Positions 21,368 to 24,905 of a stretch of DNA of 24,905 bases are shown piece by piece (position 1 is the stretch's first letter; the number at the start of each line of letters is the position of its first letter). The position numbers and the translations under genes were made by a program. Source of the stretch: Geosiphon pyriformis uo1 (lineage: Eukaryota > Fungi > Glomeromycota); contig JAAOMT010000706.1 in assembly GCA_016748015.1 (NCBI GenBank), positions 509,371-534,275 of the forward strand. Reading direction: 5' to 3'. The notes below the pieces were generated by a model that saw only the letters and a list, made by a program, of their open reading frames with translations, was not told the origin of the DNA and did not search any database.

Positions 21368-21850
21368 ATGTATACACAAATGAATTGCCAAAAATATCTT
21401 GATAAAAATGGAGTTTATGTAGTAAAAATGCTCAAGAAAGAGGGCATGTCCGCCACAAAAATTGCGCGCATTATTGGACTCTGCTACTTGTGTAAAAATT
21501 ATCTTACACGATTAGAATCATTAAAAAATAGTGGTCAAAATTCTTTATCCTTAAACGCTCTGAACGTCGAATTCTTCAGGAAATTAAAAATAATTCTGCA
21601 ACAAGAAAGATCCCAAGACATCTGCTTACTACCGAAATCTCATGTAAAATCCAAATTACATATCAGTTGGAACTTAATGAAAATCCTAGTATTAATACTA
21701 TATAATGTTTAAAAAAACCAATGATTAATGAAGTAAACCGAATCAAACGGGTAAATCTCCAAGCATTAGACCAAAGAGGATTGGCAACGTTTTTTTTGGG
21801 CAGACAAATTATTTATAATCACTGATTCATATGAAAATTTCGTTTATAGT
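21368..21850 (+). pseudogene. Degenerate, truncated Tc1-family (IS630-Tc1-mariner) transposase
   Basis: Motifs occur in the expected order across frames: HTH KEGMSATKIARIIG, KRSERRILQEIKNN, linker KKPMINEVNRIKRVN (21712 onward) and EDWQRFFWADK (about 21776-21808), equivalent to DWxxVxWSDE with the first catalytic Asp. I did not find the rest of the DDE domain. Confidence 0.8.
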
Positions 21851-22469
21851 GACAGTCTTTACAGTATAGAATACTGTTCCATTAGAGAAAATTCTTCAAT
21901 TTATTGACTCGATGCCAAAACATGTTGAAGATGTAAAAAAGAAAGGGTTAATAAAAAAAATTACCTTATTATATGATGCATGTAATTTAAGGTATGTGTC
22001 TTTTTTTCTTTTGCTATTGTTGCAGACAATAAGCTTTACAAGACTAAGACTTTTTCAATAATATTTTTATAACAATTATTTATAATATAAAAATTAAATT
22101 TTAATTTTATTCAGTTTGTGGAAGTTTACTTTTAATGTGTTTGAAAAGACTGAATTAAATCTTATATATTCAATAATTTCACATTTTTTAATTTGAAATC
22201 TTTTTAATTCTTTAAATATGTTTTTCTCTTGAACTTTATAAATGAAAAATAAAAAATTTATTGCTTGAAAACTAAGTAATTTATTTTAATATATTGAAAT
22301 AATAAAATTTTTCCTTAATTTTAAGTATAAACTTGAATTCTCTCAACTAAAAAGATGTCTAAAATTTTTTAAAAAAACACTGTTATTGTTAAATATGTAT
22401 ATTGAACTATAGCCGCAAAGAAACCCCTTCCAAATTAATTGAAATGCAAAAAAATAGAAATAGAAATAA

Positions 22470-22712
22470 ACTGCAAATAAGAGATAAATATTATGGCTAA
22501 ATCTCAAAGTGTGTTTTCTACTATATTCACCATTAGGTGGAATATAGATTGGATTCTTGATTATTTCATTAACTACTTTATCAACACTTGAAAAGTTGCG
22601 GTAAGGTTTTTCCCAATTGGTTAGAATGCCTGATTGACACTCTTCACACATGAGTTTTTGGACGTGTTCTTTGAATTCAAGGGTTTCTATGTTGTGGATG
22701 AAGGATAAAATG
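22470..22712 (-). pseudogene. Isolated coding-like fragment of unknown family
   Basis: Open frame ILSFIHNIETLEFKEHVQKLMCEECQSGILTNWEKPYRNFSSVDKVVNEIIKNPIYIPPNGEYSRKHTLRFS with protein-like composition in very AT-rich flanks. It decays into low-complexity sequence afterwards. Confidence 0.35.
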
Positions 22713-23343
22713 TGAATAAGTTGTTATTCGAAGAGGTGTCTGTGAAAAGCTTTTATTAATAATACATTTTACAAATAATATTTTATCGAAAGAGCTTTTA
22801 TTATGTCGTTCTCTATATTCACATATTTAAACAAATTAATTTCTTAAAACATTCATTCCTTAAACTTAAAAATGACTTTATTCATCGAGCAACTATTCCC
22901 AAAAAATTTAAACTTGATAATTGTACTCAACAATAATAACCTTGCAACTTTAAAAACAAAATAGAATATTCCAATAATAGGTGAACTTAATTTTTAAATA
23001 TAATAATTTGTTAATGCCTGTAGTAATTTTAATTTAACATAAATTTGTTATAGATAAAATTTTTTTTAACCAATTCCTTTGTAAAAGTTCCGAATAAAAG
23101 ACTTGAATAAAATTCACTGAACCTAATTTATTCACACCATCAAAATCCTTGAACTTAAGTTTGACTAAAAATTTATGATTCCGACGAGTGTGAAGTGTTA
23201 ACGGAGCAATAAATACAAATAAACATTGGGTGTAAGAATGTCAGTTAGTTAACAATGATAAAAATCAAACCTTTCAAAAACAATTTATTTGTTGATTGTA
23301 GAAAATGCCAATTAGCAAAGCAAAAAGAATATGCTATTTAAAA

Positions 23344-24082
23344 AATTCTGTGGCTATAATTCAATGAATATCACTCCGAGAAATCTACCGAGCATATCTC
23401 TCCCAATTATTTGGGGTTGAGTCTATGATATTATATTTTTCACATAACTCTTTTCTCAAATGCCACCAAATATATCTCATATTTCTTGCTTTTTCTTCTT
23501 GAACTTGACCAAATGATAGCGGTTTCCATTTTGGCTGATTTGCTTGCATTAATTCATTGATTGGAACAAAGGATGTCACAAAACGACTCCACCAATTTCC
23601 TTTATCACGCGCATCTACCTCAGAACAAACAACTAAACAGGCCTCACGAGTACCCACGTAATAAAATCCACCGAAAGCGGCCAAGATGTGTGTTGGGGTT
23701 TCATGAGTATGATCACCTTCGGGAAGTTCACATTTTGCTTTGCAAATAGGACAACGTGCTGTACAGCCTTCTATTTTACTCCAGTTTATGTTAATTGTAC
23801 TTGTAATGAAAGTTTGAAGGCGAGAATTTGTTCCTCTTTCCCAATTTGCTTCTAATTCCTTAAATTCTTTGGCTAGATCTCGCTTGAGTGCATCCCAGAT
23901 TGGCGATGATCTATCTACCCGACAATAACCAGCGAAGGGGAAGTTTTCTACATACTGATGGACATTATTTGAGTGAGAGGAACGCTCGTGTTTGGAAATA
24001 ATATCTTCAAGAGTTTCTGAAAAGCTTCGACTCCAATCTTTATCAATAAGGGACATAAGAGAAGATTGGGTTTCTTCAATCT
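23344..24082 (-). repeat. Right arm of long inverted repeat (pairs with 1..739)
   Basis: Reverse complement of 1..739 at about 96% identity, no indels seen. Confidence 0.95.
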
Positions 24083-24905
24083 TTTCCATGATGTTTTTAA
24101 CTTTTTTCTCTTNNNNNNNNNNNNNNNNNNNNNNNNNNNNNNNNNNNNNNNNNNNNNNNNNNNNNNNNNNNNNNNNNNNNNNNNNNNNNNNNNNNNNNNN
24201 NNNNNNNNNNNNNNNNNNNNNNNNNNNNNNNNNNNNNNNNNNNNNNNNNNNNNNNNNNNNNNNNNNNNNNNNNNNNNNNNNNNNNNNNNNNNNNNNNNNN
24301 NNNNNNNNNNNNNNNNNNNNNNNNNNNNNNNNNNNNNNNNNNNNNNNNNNNNNNNNNNNNNNNNNNNNNNNNNNNNNNNNNNNNNNNNNNNNNNNNNNNN
24401 NNNNNNNNNNNNNNNNNNNNNNNNNNNNNNNNNNNNNNNNNNNNNNNNNNNNNNNNNNNNNNNNNNNNNNNNNNNNNNNNNNNNNNNNNNNNNNNNNNNN
24501 NNNNNNNNNNNNNNNNNNNNNNNNNNNNNNNNNNNNNNNNNNNNNNNNNNNNNNNNNNNNNNNNNNNNNNNNNNNNNNNNNNNNNNNNNNNNNNNNNNNN
24601 NNNNNNNNNNNNNNNNNNNNNNNNNNNNNNNNNNNNNNNNNNNNNNNNNNNNNNNNNNNNNNNNNNNNNNNNNNNNNNNNNNNNNNNNNNNNNNNNNNNN
24701 NNNNNNNNNNNNNNNNNNNNNNNNNNNNNNNNNNNNNNNNNNNNNNNNNNNNNNNNGATCATTGAATTGATTACTCATAAAAAGAAATAAATCGTCTGAA
24801 AACTTTTGAAGCCATTGAAAAGTTTCATCATACTCGTTTCTCAAGATCTTTTGATGGGAGATTTGGCTGCAAATTGTTGCGCATAGAAGAGAAATATGTT
24901 CAAGA
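23385..24905 (-). CDS. GVIN1/VLIG-like very large GTPase, copy B (partial, interrupted by an assembly gap, continues beyond window)
   Basis: Near-identical to copy A (position p pairs with 24083-p). An open minus-strand frame on the far side of the gap (LEHISLLCATICSQISHQKILRNEYDETFQWLQKFSDDLFLFMSNQFND) is plausibly the same gene. Stop TAG at 23385-23387. Confidence 0.7.
24113..24756. other. Assembly gap (644 N)
   Basis: Run of N. ORFs that span it in the track are artefacts. Confidence 0.99.

Noticed and set aside
23948-24844. Long ORFs spanning the N run
   Set aside because: Artefacts of translating the gap. Frame across the gap cannot be determined.
1-24905. Prokaryotic operon or defence island; tRNA or rRNA genes
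   Set aside because: Spliceosomal introns, long intergenic regions and GPI-type signals indicate a eukaryote. I recognised no tRNA or rRNA structure by eye.

Overview
AT-rich eukaryotic genomic DNA with short GT-AG introns. It is most consistent with a fungus, and an early-diverging Mucoromycota/Glomeromycotina-like lineage is my inference only. The window is bracketed by two convergent, inverted, near-identical copies of the 3' end of a large gene (1..698 + and 23385..>24905 -, the second broken by a 644-N gap). Its Cys/His-rich C-terminus resembles that of very large inducible GTPases (GVIN1/VLIG). By manual alignment the copies differ at 1 site in the first 386 nt but at 25 sites in the last ~312 coding nt, and 23 of the 26 changes alter amino acids. 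Between the copies lie: a divergent pair of paralogous GPI-type secreted protein genes (one with a +1 frameshift); a six-exon BBE-like FAD oxidoreductase; a single-pass membrane protein with a PPxY motif; a secreted protein made of eight 13-aa Asn/Gly repeats; and a transposon cluster at 18.6-21.9 kb. That cluster holds two non-autonomous TIR elements and a decayed Tc1-family transposase. One TIR element carries a spliced, frameshifted remnant of a USP-like (deubiquitinase-fold) peptidase that the ORF track misses. All family calls come from motif recognition; no database searches were run.
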